A DNA stretch of 64,000 nt from Ginglymostoma cirratum (Eukaryota). Below are positions 38,520 to 50,562 of the stretch, piece by piece; position 1 is the stretch's first letter; each line of letters starts with the position of its first letter. The stretch spans positions 21,132,771 to 21,196,770 of the forward strand of contig JAHRHZ010000062.1 of NCBI GenBank assembly GCA_024137785.1, read 5' to 3'. The position numbers and the translations under genes are program-made. The notes below the pieces were generated by a model that was given only the letters and a program-made list of their open reading frames with translations, did no database searches and had not been told where the DNA came from.

Positions 38520-38684
38520 TCAGAAGTCACATGACACTGAGTTATAGGTTTAAGTGACTTCACCTGATGAGGGAACAGTGCTCCAAAAGCTTGTGATTTT
38601 AATTGAACCTGTTGGGCTATAACCTGGTGTCATGTGACTTCAGACTTTGTCCACCCCAATCCAACACCGACACCTCCACATCAT
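38520..38684 (+). mobile_element. Short hammerhead-motif element, subfamily C, with inverted arms
   Basis: CAC-CTGATGA(38564)-G-GGAAC-AGT-GCTCC-AAAA-GCTT-GTG. GAAGTCACATGACAC/GTGTCATGTGACTTC form an inverted repeat, and there is a degenerate flanking duplication CTTCCATCTTCATCA / CTTCCATTGTCAGCA. Confidence 0.75.
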
Positions 38685-38689
38685 AGCTT

Positions 38690-39370
38690 CCATTGTCAGC
38701 AGCAGCAGTGTTCCCTCAGAACTAAGGGTGGCATCTGTCACGCTGCATGAGCCATATAGGTGATTGGGGAAACTAGTCTTGGATCCACACTGTTTTCTGC
38801 AGTGAGGGATATTGCTGACTGGGGAATTGGGATACACAGCTTTGGATTGACTCCTTTCTCTTTTCCCAACCACCAGGGTTCCACCGTGCAGTTAGGTCAG
38901 TGAGCCTCAATGTGTATGACACATTGATGGACCAGCAAGTGCTCTGTCGATGGTCAGCAGCATTCTCTTCCCAGTCAGTGGTGTCAATGCCTTTGTGTTT
39001 TTGTGAAACCATGAGCATATCTTTGTAGTTGTTCCTTTGGTTGCTATTTGGATGTTGGCCAAAGGAGAGCTGACAGAAGACAACCTGCTGATGGAGGCAG
39101 TTTTTGGGAATCCGAACACAATGGCCATCCATCAGAGTTGATTCTTCAGGAGTAGGGCTGATAGATGCAGCTTCATGGAAGATGCTTGTACTTGTCTGGC
39201 AATTTGCCCCTTTAATCTGCATGATTCAATGTAGGCACCGTCGATGGAAACGTTCAAGGATCTTAATACAGAATGTGTCATTTTGCTACCATTGAGGAGG
39301 GTGGTCAGCACAAAAGCCTTATGGATTAAGATCTTTGTTGAATTCCAGAAATCCATGTTGTCAAAGACAC
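38690..39370 (-). mobile_element. RTE-clade LINE 3' fragment
   Basis: TKILIHKAFVLTTLLNGSK; GHCVRIPKNCLHQQVVFCQLSFG..NYKDML..IDTTDWEENAAD, a typical RTE C-terminus. Confidence 0.8.
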
Positions 39371-41304
39371 ATTGTCATAGCTAATTTTATCCACATGTGG
39401 GATGTGGGTGTCATTTGCTGGGCCAGCATTTCTTGGCCCACCCATAGTTGCCCGTGAGAAGACAATGGTGAGCTGCCTTGTTGAACCACTGCACTTATTG
39501 CACTTGATGAAGGCAGTGCTGGAACAGTAGTGCTGGAGTTCCCATCCTTAGGGGTAGGCCCTTACAGGAGGGACGGCCAAAATATGGAAAGTGTTGCACA
39601 TAGTCCAGAGCCGCCCAATTATTTAGATGGCACAAGGGAATTCTCAACTGGCACAGGGAAGGTTGGTGAGAACCTTCACTTTATTGATCATTAAGGATAG
39701 GCCAAGCATCATATGTGAGTTGTTCTGAGTCCTGAATCCTTGTTACGTTTAAATCAGCCAACCTGTATAGTAATTCATAGGATTTCAGCATTACCAGAAG
39801 GCCAATGCTTATTGCCCATGCGTAATTGCTTTTGAGAAGCTGGTTGTGAGATAACTTTTCAAACTTCTTCAATTCATTGTAAATATGCACACAGAGCTGT
39901 TCATGAGGGAGACCAGAGTAAGAATTTAAACAAAGAGAAGGAACTGCTCACCCCTCACTCCCTCCCTGTAAATGTTGAATCATATTCTGACCCTGCAAGT
40001 ATTTATCCAAATTCATGCACAGCTCTCTCCTGAAAATGTTCACATTGTTTCAAGCCAGCTGGCAGCCAAATGGATTACTCAGGACATGTCCTGGCTGCCT
40101 GGAATCAGTTTTACAGTCAGATTGATAGCTCCATTGTAACTAGTAAGGTGCTGTGAATTTTTCACACAAGATTTGACCTGAGTTATTCTGTATCCATTAT
40201 TGACTGTTTGATATAACAGGGTCACTTCCTCCCCCAGGACCAATGTTTTCATCTGCTCTATGTTTCCATCAGCTTTTCCAGATCTGACTCGTCGGCCCTT
40301 TCAGTTACTCTATACTACGCTCAGGTAAAACAAGTTACTCTCCTGATCCAAAATCAAGAGCAGAATAGATAACCTTACCCATCACCTTACAAATGGAATT
40401 AACAGCCAAAAATTAGGTCATTCAACCAACTGGTTACTTTGATTTCTTTTGCACTTTGCAGGACTTTTCCCACACTGCTAATAAAACCTACAATATTTGT
40501 CAGTTTTGACTTAAATGTATTTATGTTGTTCATCTCAACAACTTTATTTGACAGTAAATTTCACATCTCACCAATCGCATTGCTATTCCCATGATCTTCA
40601 TTGCTTTCATAATGTAGTTTTACAAAGCAGAGTTTTCATCTTCTGATCTTTGCTTTGGAAGCTTCAATTCTCTGAAGAGATTGAAGTGTAATTTCTGGAA
40701 TTTTCCTGGTAATTTTCCTTGAGTATTTGATTTACTACGTGCCACCTCGACTCCACTTCCAACCCCCACGCCTCAAGCAGCCCCATCGGAGCGAGCATCT
40801 AGTCTTTTCTTATCTGATGATTTTCAACGTTCATATGTGTTTGTACACAATCCATAACTGTTCACCAAGTGTTAAAAACATCCCTCAACTGTCACTAGTT
40901 TACATGACTTTTTTACTGTCTATAAATACAATGTTTATAGAATATTACAACACTGGAAGAGAATTTCGCCTGTTGTGCCTGTGCTCGCTCCTTGTAAGAG
41001 CCATCCAAAATGTCCTGTCAGCCCCCACCTTCAGTCTTTCCCACATTTCTTATTAATAATTCTATTGAAAAAGTTATCAGTGCTTCTTTCAGACCATACA
41101 TTCTATTTTATAACAATTTGGTGTGTTAAAAAAAACTCTTCATTTTCACCCTGGTTATTTGTTAATTAGCTTAAAGCTGCATCCCATTTTGCTTTCAGTT
41201 TTCTCTGCCATTTTTAACTATAACCCAATTTTTATCGCCTATTCTTTTCCATTTCCCAAATAATCTGACAATTCTTGAACACATTCTTGTACATTTATCT
41301 CTTT

Positions 41305-41647
41305 AGAATCATAGCAGTCCTACCGTGTGGTAGCAGGCCATCTGTTTGGCCCATCAAGTGCACACCAACTCTCTGAAGAGCATTCCAACCCAGACCCACC
41401 CCACTACTCCATCCCTCTAACCCTGCATTTCCCATGGCTAATCCATCTAGTCTGCACATCTCTGGACACTATAGGCAATCTAGCAGGACCAATCCACATC
41501 ACCTGTGCTGGACTGTGGAAGGAAACCCACACAGAGACGGTGAAAGTATGCAAACTTAACACAGACAGTCGCCCAAGGGTGGAATTGAACCCGGTGTTTG
41601 GTGCTGTGAGGCAGAAGTGCTATCCACTGAGCCACCATGCTGCCCAC
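41305..41647 (-). mobile_element. V-SINE (HE1-like)
   Basis: Reverse strand GGGCAGCATGGTGGCTCAGTGGATAGCAC...CCGGGTTCAATTCC head; homologous to 14005-14288. Confidence 0.85.
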
Positions 41648-41699
41648 AGTGAATTTAGGAGAGAATGAATTTCATCTGCCTATTAGCAATTGCAAGAAA

Positions 41700-42100
41700 T
41701 AATCACCAAAAGTTTGAAAGTGCTTTACAGCCAATGAAGTGTAACTCAAATGTAGTCACTGTTGTGATGTAAGAAGTACAGCAGCCAATTTGTTCCCAGC
41801 AAACTCCCATAGCCCACAATGTGATAATTACCAGATAATCTGGCATTTTTTGTGATATTGATTGAGGGTATATATGGACCAGGATGTAAACGATAACTCC
41901 TATGTTCTTCTTTGGAGTAGTACTGTAGGATTTTTTTGTACCAACCTGAGCAGGCAGATGGGGCCTGATTTTAACCTTTCATCTAAAAGACAGTGTTGTC
42001 AAAGATGGAGCACTTCCCTGTACTGCACCGGAGAGTCATCATAGATCTTCATGCTCAAGCCCTAGGATGTGGCTTGAACTCAGAGCCTTGTGACTCGGAG
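41700..42100 (-). mobile_element. Deu-domain SINE
   Basis: AAAGTGCTTTACAGCCAATGAAG..TGTAGTCACTGTTGTGATGTA..GCAGCCAATTTG is the reverse of the DeuSINE tail. Confidence 0.75.
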
Positions 42101-42389
42101 AAAGTAATACTCTCCTTTGGAAAAAAACTAATATTGTTTTCCATCATCCAAATTTTTCATGTCAGAACTAAATAATCTCAATTGGCATTTTGTAATAGTC
42201 CTAAACAGATATTACCCGCAACTGAAATTCAAATACAAGTTTCAGTCAACATCCAGTGACTTATGGTTGCAGCTGTCAAGTTTTCAAAATCTTATTTATT
42301 ATGTTTTGTCTGGCTCTTTTTTTTTAAATTTCCATTTGTAGCTTCTCTATTCTGTTCAAACATAAAAGGGAGGAGATTTTATGCTATCT

Positions 42390-43520
42390 GGGTAATTAAT
42401 TCTTGTAGGAAGAACAAGGAGAGATAATAAAAATAAAGGATACATATATAAAGGGGGTGCAGGGGCAGAGGGACCTGTGTGTAGATATGAATAACTTATT
42501 GCTGTTGGCAAAATAAGTTAATAAGATGGTTAATAAAACACACAGTGTCAATTACGGTTAATAATAAGTGCAGAATACAACAGCAAGCAGATTATGTTGA
42601 ACTTGTATAAGACACTGCTTCAGCCTCAAATGGATATTATGTCCAATTCTAGACATGGTGTTTTAAAAAGGATATGAAGACATTGGAGAAAATACAAAAA
42701 TCATTCACAAGGTTAGCTCCAAGAATGAGCAGTTTCAGTTATGAAGATAGATTGGAGAGTTTAAAATTTGTTTTCCTCAGAGGAAAGAAGGCTGGGATGA
42801 GATTTGACGGATGTATCAAAATCACGAGGAATCAGGACGCCTAGACAGAATGGATAGATCAAAACTGTTGCCAGTTGAGAAAGGATTGAGAATAAGAGGC
42901 ACAGATTTTAAATAACTGGCAAAATAAATAAAAGTGATGTGAGAGAAAATCACCATTTTTACACTGCAAGTGATTAGGATCTGGAATGCACTCCTGAGAG
43001 TTTTGTTTTATATTTATTCAAGGGATCTGGGCTTCACTAATTAGGCCAGCACTTACACCCATTAACCAGAGGGAACTTAAGAGTGAGTAACATTGCTGTG
43101 GTTCTGGAGTCGCATGGAGGGCAGACCGGGTCAGGATGGCAGATTTCCTTCCCTAACAGACTTCAGTCCACCATTTAGAATTTTACAACAATCAGTAGTG
43201 ATTTCAGGGTTACTATTAGACTATCTTTTTATTCCAGATCTCTTTTCTTTGAATTCAAATTTCTCCATCTGTCATGATTGGATTTCAGCCCATGTCCTCA
43301 GAACATTAGCCACGGTTTTTGAATGATTAGTCCACTGCTACCATCTCTGTGAAAATTGTGTTGGAAGCAGTTTCAACTGAAACATCCAAAAGGGAATTAG
43401 ATTGTTATCTGAAAAATAAGAATATGTAAGGAGTCATGGAGAAGGTGAGAAAATCGTACTAAGGTAATTGTTCAATCAGAGAGTCATGTGCAGGCACAAT
43501 GGGCCTAATACTGTACTGTA
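42390..43520 (+). mobile_element. Degenerate CR1 RT 3' part with an internal reverse SINE (about 43010-43350)
   Basis: LNLYKTLLQPQMDYYVQF, YEDRLE and IWNAL remnants. Confidence 0.7.
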
Positions 43521-43699
43521 GGAATTCTATGATTTGCGTCTCAACCATACCCTCTGAAGTAGATTGCCTGCTTCATTGTTGTTTGTTGGATCTTGCTGTG
43601 CGTAGATTTGTTGCCCCATTTCTCCACATTACAAAAGTGAATGCACTATACCACCTATGAATTCAGAATGTCCTGAGGTGAAGAAAATCATAGCATGGT

Positions 43700-44260
43700 A
43701 GTATCACAGGACGAGGCCATTCAGTGCACATCTACTCTCTCTGAGGGTTAGTAAGATAGTTCCTATGTTCTCGCCTTTCCATGTAGCCCTACAAATGTTT
43801 TTGAATAATTTCATAAATCCATTGAAGGCCACATCTGACTCTTCTTCTCCCAGATTCTCAGGCTATGGACTTTAGAGTAAGTCCTACACTAAAAGATTTT
43901 GGCTCATACATCTACTCCTTCATTTGTCAGTCACCTTGAATTAGTGTTTTTTGGTTTTCAGTGCTTCCACCAACAGGAACATTTTCTCCCTCTCTACTCT
44001 GTCCAGAGCCCTAATGATCTTGAATGCCTTTCGCAAATCTCATCTCAACTTAATCTTCTTTAAAGAATAACTCAAACTTTGTCAATCTATTCATATAACT
44101 GAAATCTTTTTATCCTTGGAACTATATTCATAAGGCTTTTCTGCACCCTCTCAAAGGCCTTCACAACCTTCTTAAAGTGTGGCAATAATGAATTCAATAT
44201 TCTATCTAATGTTTATAAAGATACGCAGTAGCTTCCCTGCTTTTGTATTATAAAGTGCTA
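43700..44260 (-). mobile_element. Degenerate CR1 3' fragment
   Basis: GAGGCCATTCAG tail; TTCTGCACCCTCTCAAAGGC is the reverse of AFERVQK. Confidence 0.65.
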
Positions 44261-44989
44261 TAAAGATTCAGGTTCCTCTTCTGGCCTTGATTCTCCGATT
44301 ATACACACTTGATGTATTTCACTCTAGAAAATGCTTCTCATTCTTCAATAATTTCAATACATCTCTTTGTTCACTTTTCAAATTTATTTTCAGTCAAGGA
44401 CCATTGGAATCACTTCAATAGAAATAGATAGAAGTGAGGAGCTTCAAACGTTTAACTTTAGTTATATATTGAAGCAAGACAAGAAACAATTGAGTGTGGC
44501 TTCAGGAGACAGACCTATTTGACTTTGCAGACGAGCCAAATTTACTGACCAAGATAAAAATCATTGTTGCAAGATACAGCACAATCCTACTTGACTAATA
44601 TTCACCTCCATGAAATAATTGAGCTATGCATGACAAAAGGGCTTCTGAAGAATATAAACTTAAGTATGATAACTAAAGCTTGCTTTTAAAAGTTGAATCA
44701 ATTAAATATTCCTGCTCAACTTATATTAAACTTCTGCACCTCACTTCCACTCTGTGCTCCTTAAAAAGCCATGGCTCAGTTCTTCGCTCTTTCTCCTCTG
44801 AACAGTGAAGTTTGTTGGTCCAAGTCCTACTCTAGGTGATGAGCGATTAAATTATGCTGATTCTCCCACTGCACCCTTGAAGGATTACTGCAATGTGAGA
44901 AATGCCATCTTTTGAATGTAATGTTGGAAGAAGGCCATCTCTATTTGCAAATGTTAGATCACAAAGAGCTATATAAAAACAGAGAAGTA

Positions 44990-46480
44990 CTAACTAACTA
45001 ACAGGCCAAAAAGCTGAAAAGGCCCCCCGGACCTGGTGTTCCATCCTAGGGTCTTAAAAGAAGAGCCTGCAGAAATAGTGGATCCTTTGGGTGTAATCTT
45101 CCAAAGTTCTTTAGATTCCAAAAAAGATGCAGCAGATTGCAAAGGATTGCAACACCTCTATTCAAGAAAGCCAGTTGACCCATCATCAGTCATTTGGAAA
45201 ATGTTAGCATTCATAATTAAGTAAATAGAGAAGATTTAAAAACCATACTTATTTCTGACAGAATCAACATGATTTTATGGAAGGGATATTGTGTTGCCAT
45301 ATTTATTAGTTTTCTTTAAGGATGTAACACACAAGGTGAAAAAAAGGGAACTAATTGTTATAGATTATTAGGCATCTCAAAAAGTCTTCAATAGAAATCA
45401 CATAAAAAAATTCCACAACAGAAAATCAGAGCTGATGGTATTGGGTATCACACATGAGCATGGATAAAGCATTGACTAATCAGCAGGAAACAGAGAGTTG
45501 GGAGAAATTGGCTTGTTTCTGTTGGCAAACTGTAATCAGTAGAGTACCTCAGATTAGTGCTGGGGCCTCGTCAATTTACAATCAATATTATTTACATTGC
45601 TTAGGAGACCAACAAAGAAAAGTATGAAAACAATTTGTGAGCAGGACACAAAGCGATTGAAAAGAGAAAAATAGATAACGAGTGGTCAAATATTTGATAG
45701 ATGGAGCAGCATGTGCAAAAATGTAAGTTTTGACAGGAGAAATTGAAGAGCAACAAATTATTTAAATAGAGAGAAACTGCAGAATGAAGTAGTTGTGCAT
45801 TCTTGTACCTGAGTCACAAATGAAGAGTGCCAAAACAGCATTTAATTAGGAAGGTAAATGGAATTTTTGCCCGATTTTCAAGGAGAATGTAGTTTAAAAG
45901 CAGAAGTCTTTGTAGCATTGTACAGGTAGTTATGAGATCACACCTTAACTAATGTGTACAGTTTTGCTCTCTTTATTTAAGGAGATATATTCTTGCATTG
46001 GAAGCAGTCCAGAGAAGGTCTACCAAGTTCATTTCTAGGACAAAGAGTTTAGATGGTGCGGAAAAATTGCGCGGATTGCATCAATGCACGCTTAGAATAG
46101 TGAGACACAATCTTATTGAAATAAAGGCTTGATAGAAAAGGTGTTGAAAAGATTTTTTTCCACACGGGGAACCTACAACTAGGAGGTTGTTTCAGAATTA
46201 GAGGTTCCTCATTTAAAATGGAGATTTGGAGAAATTTCTTCTTTCAGAGGTCACACATTTGAGTTTTTTACTCTAGCAAGCAGTGGCGTCTGGATCATTG
46301 AATATATTCAACACTGAAATTGCCAATTTTTTTTTTGATCTAGAAGGCAGTTAAAGGTTATGTGAGGCAGCCAGGAAAATGAAGTTATGGCCATAATCAA
46401 ATCAGCCATGATCTCATTGAATGGTGTAGAAGCTCTAAAAGCGAAATGACCTTCTACTGCTTCTCTTTCTTATGTTCCTT
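44990..46480 (+). mobile_element. Degenerate CR1 RT to 3' end
   Basis: PPGPGVFHPRVLKE..EIVDPLGVIFQSSLDS (ORF 45036), then decayed RT and a TTCTTATGTTC tail. Confidence 0.8.
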
Positions 46481-47399
46481 TGTAAAAAATGTGTGTTATT
46501 CACAGTGTCCTAGCAAGTATTTTTCTCTTAACACGACTAAAAAAATACAAATTTTATGATCCTTAACTCATTATAGTGCTTGACAAATTGCTGTGTGAGG
46601 ATCTTTCCTACGTTACTTGTGAGCATAAAGTGCTTTATTGACTTTAATGTTTAGGGATGTCCTGGCATCAGTAAAGATACTGAAGTAATGTCAGACTTTC
46701 TCTCCTTTAAAATCTCTTTAACCAAACTTTTGATCACCTATCCCAATGTCCCTTTATTTGGATCACTGACAATCATTGTCTTGTTAGGTTCTTGTGAAGT
46801 ATCTTGGATAGTTTATTTCATTAAAGGAACTGAATAAATATAAAATGTCCTTGTTCCAGCAAAGCCTCTCAGTTGAGTTCACTAAATTGTTAAAATTATG
46901 GTTGATTAAGATGAAACAGACATCATAGAAGAAGTTGGTGATATGCATGAGAAATAGAAAATCAACAAAAACCTGAGGAGGTGGAGAGAGGGAGTTTGAT
47001 GCTGGAGGACAGGTGCAAATGGAAGGGAAAGAAGTATTGACAAAGCAGATCAGGTTCCACCTGCCTGGCAGCCTTGGGGAAAGAAAAAGTAAGTTGAGTA
47101 CAAGGGTAAAACTACATTACCAAGCACAATATTCATAAACAATATCACTTTATCACAGCTGAGAAATCAGTGCTGACTGAAAACAGTACTCCCTTCCACT
47201 CATTTGATGTATATTTTATGAATGAACAAATTTCTGTGTAGTGTTATGCTTGCCTGGGTTTTGCAGAATATTTAGACTTCGTATCCTTCACTCTTCTACA
47301 CCTTAGATCATGATCTTCATTGCATGTTTGAAATTCTTGCATGGATTAATGAGGTCCAAATGGAGCAGTTTATTCTTTCCCACACAGAACTATAAGTAT

Positions 47400-47490
47400 A
47401 GATTAACAAGCATGGGGCTGGATGAACACAGCAGGTCAAGCAGCATCATAGGAGCAGGAAAACCTGACGTTTCGGGCCTAAACCCCAGAT
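47400..47490 (-). mobile_element. Subfamily-A hammerhead element, truncated before CTGANGA
   Basis: Reverse strand GGGTTTAGGCCC-GAAA-CGTC-AGG plus the subfamily-A tail. Confidence 0.75.
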
Positions 47491-47679
47491 TGCTTACTTC
47501 AGCCAGCTTCCATTTATTCTGTATTGTTAAACACCGTGAAACGTATGCATTTTTAAGACACGTTTGGTCATCTCCTATCAACTGAAGCTATTGTTTGCTG
47601 CTGGCTGTCAATTACGTTGGGCCGATCTTAAATATTAAACTATGTACTCTTATATTTGAAACGTACTCATGTAAAGAAA

Positions 47680-48110
47680 GATAAACTTGTCTTTACATTG
47701 CATTTTTAAGGATCTTAGGCCTCCCCTAAATTGTTTTACTACTAATTATGGAGGACAGATGCAAATGGAAGTATATTTTGAAATGCAGTCAGATTTACAA
47801 TGCAGGAACTGCATTAGCAAATCTTCAGTCAACAAGCCCCTGAAGGATCACTGTGAAGGTAAACAGATGATCTGTTTTAGTGATATTGGGCAAAGCATAA
47901 TTAATGGCCAAGACAAGGAAGGGCTCCCTGTACTTTGAGCAGTGCTGTTGGTCTCCTGTTGCCTCAGTTTAGCCTCACAGGCAAAATGACACACTTTTGT
48001 GACTGAAGTACTGCTGCAGTACAGTATCACTTTGGATTAGCTGCTCAGGCTCTGGGGTGGGACATGAACCTGTGAATTTTTGACTCAGTATTAAGTATTG
48101 GTACAGCTAA
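47680..48110 (-). mobile_element. Degenerate Deu-domain SINE
   Basis: Same reverse-strand motifs as 41700-42100 (CAGATGATCTGTTTTAGTGATATTG..AATGGCCAAGAC). Confidence 0.6.
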
Positions 48111-48152
48111 CACTTAAAGCCCCTTTCCTGCATCATTCATTGGCCGCTCACT

Positions 48153-50020
48153 GACAAAGAACAAAGAAGAACAAAGAAAATTACAGCACAGGAAGAGGCC
48201 TTTTGGCCCTCCAAGCCTGCGCCAATCCAGATCCTCTATCTAAACCTGTCGCCTATTTTCCAAGGATCTGTATCCCTCTGCTCCCTGCCCATTCATATAT
48301 CTGTCTAGATACATCTTAAATGATGTTATCGTGCCCACCTCTTCACCCTCTGCTGGCAACGCATTCCAGGCACCCACCACTCTCTGCGTAAAGAACTTTC
48401 CACGCATATCTCTCTTAAACAATTCCCCTCTAACCTTGAAATCATGATCCCTAGTAATTCAGTCCCCGACTCTGGGAAAAAGCTTCTTGCTATCCACTCT
48501 GTCTATACTTCTCATGATTTTGTAGACCTCAATCAAGTTCCCCCTCAACCTCCATCTTTCTAAGGTAAATAATCCTAATCTACTCAACCTCTCTTCATAG
48601 CTAGCGCCCTCCATACCAGGCAACATCCTGGTGAACCTCCTCTGCACCCGCTCCAAAGCGTTCAAATCCGTTTTGTAATGTGGCGACCAGAACTGTATGC
48701 AGTATTCCAAATGTGGACGAACCAAAGTCCTATACAACTGCAACATGACCTGCCAACTCTTGTACTCCACACCCCGTCCGTTGAATGAAAGCATGCTGTA
48801 TGCCTTCTTGACCACTTTACTGACCTGCGTTGCCACCTTCAGGGTACAATGGACCTGAACACCCAGATCTCTCTGTGCATCAATTTTCCCCAGGGCTTTT
48901 GCATTTACTGTATAGTTCGCTCTTGAATTGGATCTTCCAAAATGCATCACCTCACATTTGCCTGGATTGAACTCCATCTGCCATTTCTCCGCCCAATTCT
49001 CCAACCTATCTATATTCTGCTGCATTCTCCGACAGTCCCCTTCACTATCTGCTACTCCACCAATCTTAGTGTCATCTGCAAACTTGCTAATCAGACCACC
49101 TATACCTTCCTCCAGATCATTTGCGTATATCACAAACAACAGTGGTCCCAACATGGATCCCTGTGGAACACCACTGGTCACAGTTCTCCATTTTGAGAAA
49201 CTCCCTTCCACTACAACTCTCTGTCTCCTGTTGCCCAGCCAGTTCTCTATCTATCTAGCTAGTACACCCTGGACCCCATGCGACTTCACTTTCTCCATCA
49301 GCCTACAATGGGGAACCTTATCAAATGCCTTACTGAAGCCCATGTATATGACATCCACAGCCCTTCCCTCATCTATCAACTTTGTCATTTCCTCAAAGAA
49401 TTCTATCAAGTTGGTAAGACATGACCTTCCCTGCACGAAACCATGCTGCCTATCACTAATAAGCCCATTTTCTTCCAAATGTAAATAGATCCTATCCCTC
49501 AGTATCTTCTCCAGCACCTTCCCCACCACTGACGTCAGGCTCACCGGTCTATAGTTACCTGGATTATCCTTCCTACCCTTCTTAAACAAGGGGACAACAT
49601 TAGCAATTCTCCAGTCCTCTGGGACCTTACGCATCCTCAAGGATGCTGCAAAGATATCTATTAAGTCCCCAGCTATTTCCTCTCTCGCTTCCCCTTGGCC
49701 TTCCCCCAGTTCAGCACTCTTCCTTCAGGACCACTCTCTTCTTTGTCCATCAGTATTCTAAAACTTACAGAATTGTGATCACTATTCCCAAAGTAATCCC
49801 CTAGTGAAACTTCAACCACCTGGCCAGGCTCATTCCCCAACACCAGGTACCCTATGGCCCCTTCCCGAGTTGGACTATTTACATACTGCTCTAGAAAACC
49901 CTCCTGGATGGTCCTTACAAATTCTGCTCCATCTAAACCCCTAACACTAAGTGAATCCCAGTCAATGTTGGGAAAATTAAAATCTCCCATCACCACCATC
50001 CTGTTGCTCCCACATCTACA
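48153..50020 (-). mobile_element. Young CR1 LINE ORF2 (partial EN and RT), internally deleted
   Basis: ORFs 49673-50080 (MGDFNFPNIDW..GNSDH), 49251-49640 (PGNYRPVSLTS..QHGF), 48459-49211 (SGVPQGS..KFADDTK) and 48240-48422; microsatellite-like tail at 48153-48180. Confidence 0.95.
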
Positions 50021-50562
50021 GTGAGACAGGGTGCCTCTCACTATTTGACAAAGATAAAGTGATTTATATCCAAAATGCATTATCCAAGATGAATTAGAAA
50101 TTCCCAGGCTACTTTTTTAAAGCTGCTGTCTACGAATTTTGGGTACAGATAGGTAGGGCTAAAGACAGTTCTAATAGCCCCCTAAATGTGGTTGCAGAGT
50201 ATCAAAAATAAGCAAGACTCCATTTCTAATCAGTCTATTGGAAACCCAACAGGCAATACTGAATGAATGTCATCAATTGTCTTACCCAGTCTCACCCTGT
50301 CCACACTTCAATCTATGTTATAAAGAGAAAAACAACTAGAAAAGCTAAGGACTAGAAAAGAGTCAATTTCAACTGACATCTCCCACGCACCCCCATCTCC
50401 CCACAAATGATGATTGTATCCGTTGCAGGACAATGTGAGAAAATGTGAAATTGACCATTGACAATTACTCCATTAAAAATTAGGAAAAAAGTTAAAAGGA
50501 ACAAGAACTCAAGAGTTGTTAGTAATGGAGGTAATAGGACCCAAAAAGAAGGTGCAAAAACT

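Noticed and set aside
40567-40720. Possible minus-strand exon ending in GTGAG
   Set aside because: Frames contain stops or give no recognisable peptide, and there is no convincing acceptor.
46860-47095. Purine-rich exon-like segment ending in AAGTAAGT
   Set aside because: No continuous recognisable reading frame; it could be a non-coding exon but this cannot be supported from sequence alone.
48928-49488. 186-aa plus-strand ORF as a novel gene
   Set aside because: It is the antisense shadow of the CR1 RT on the minus strand.
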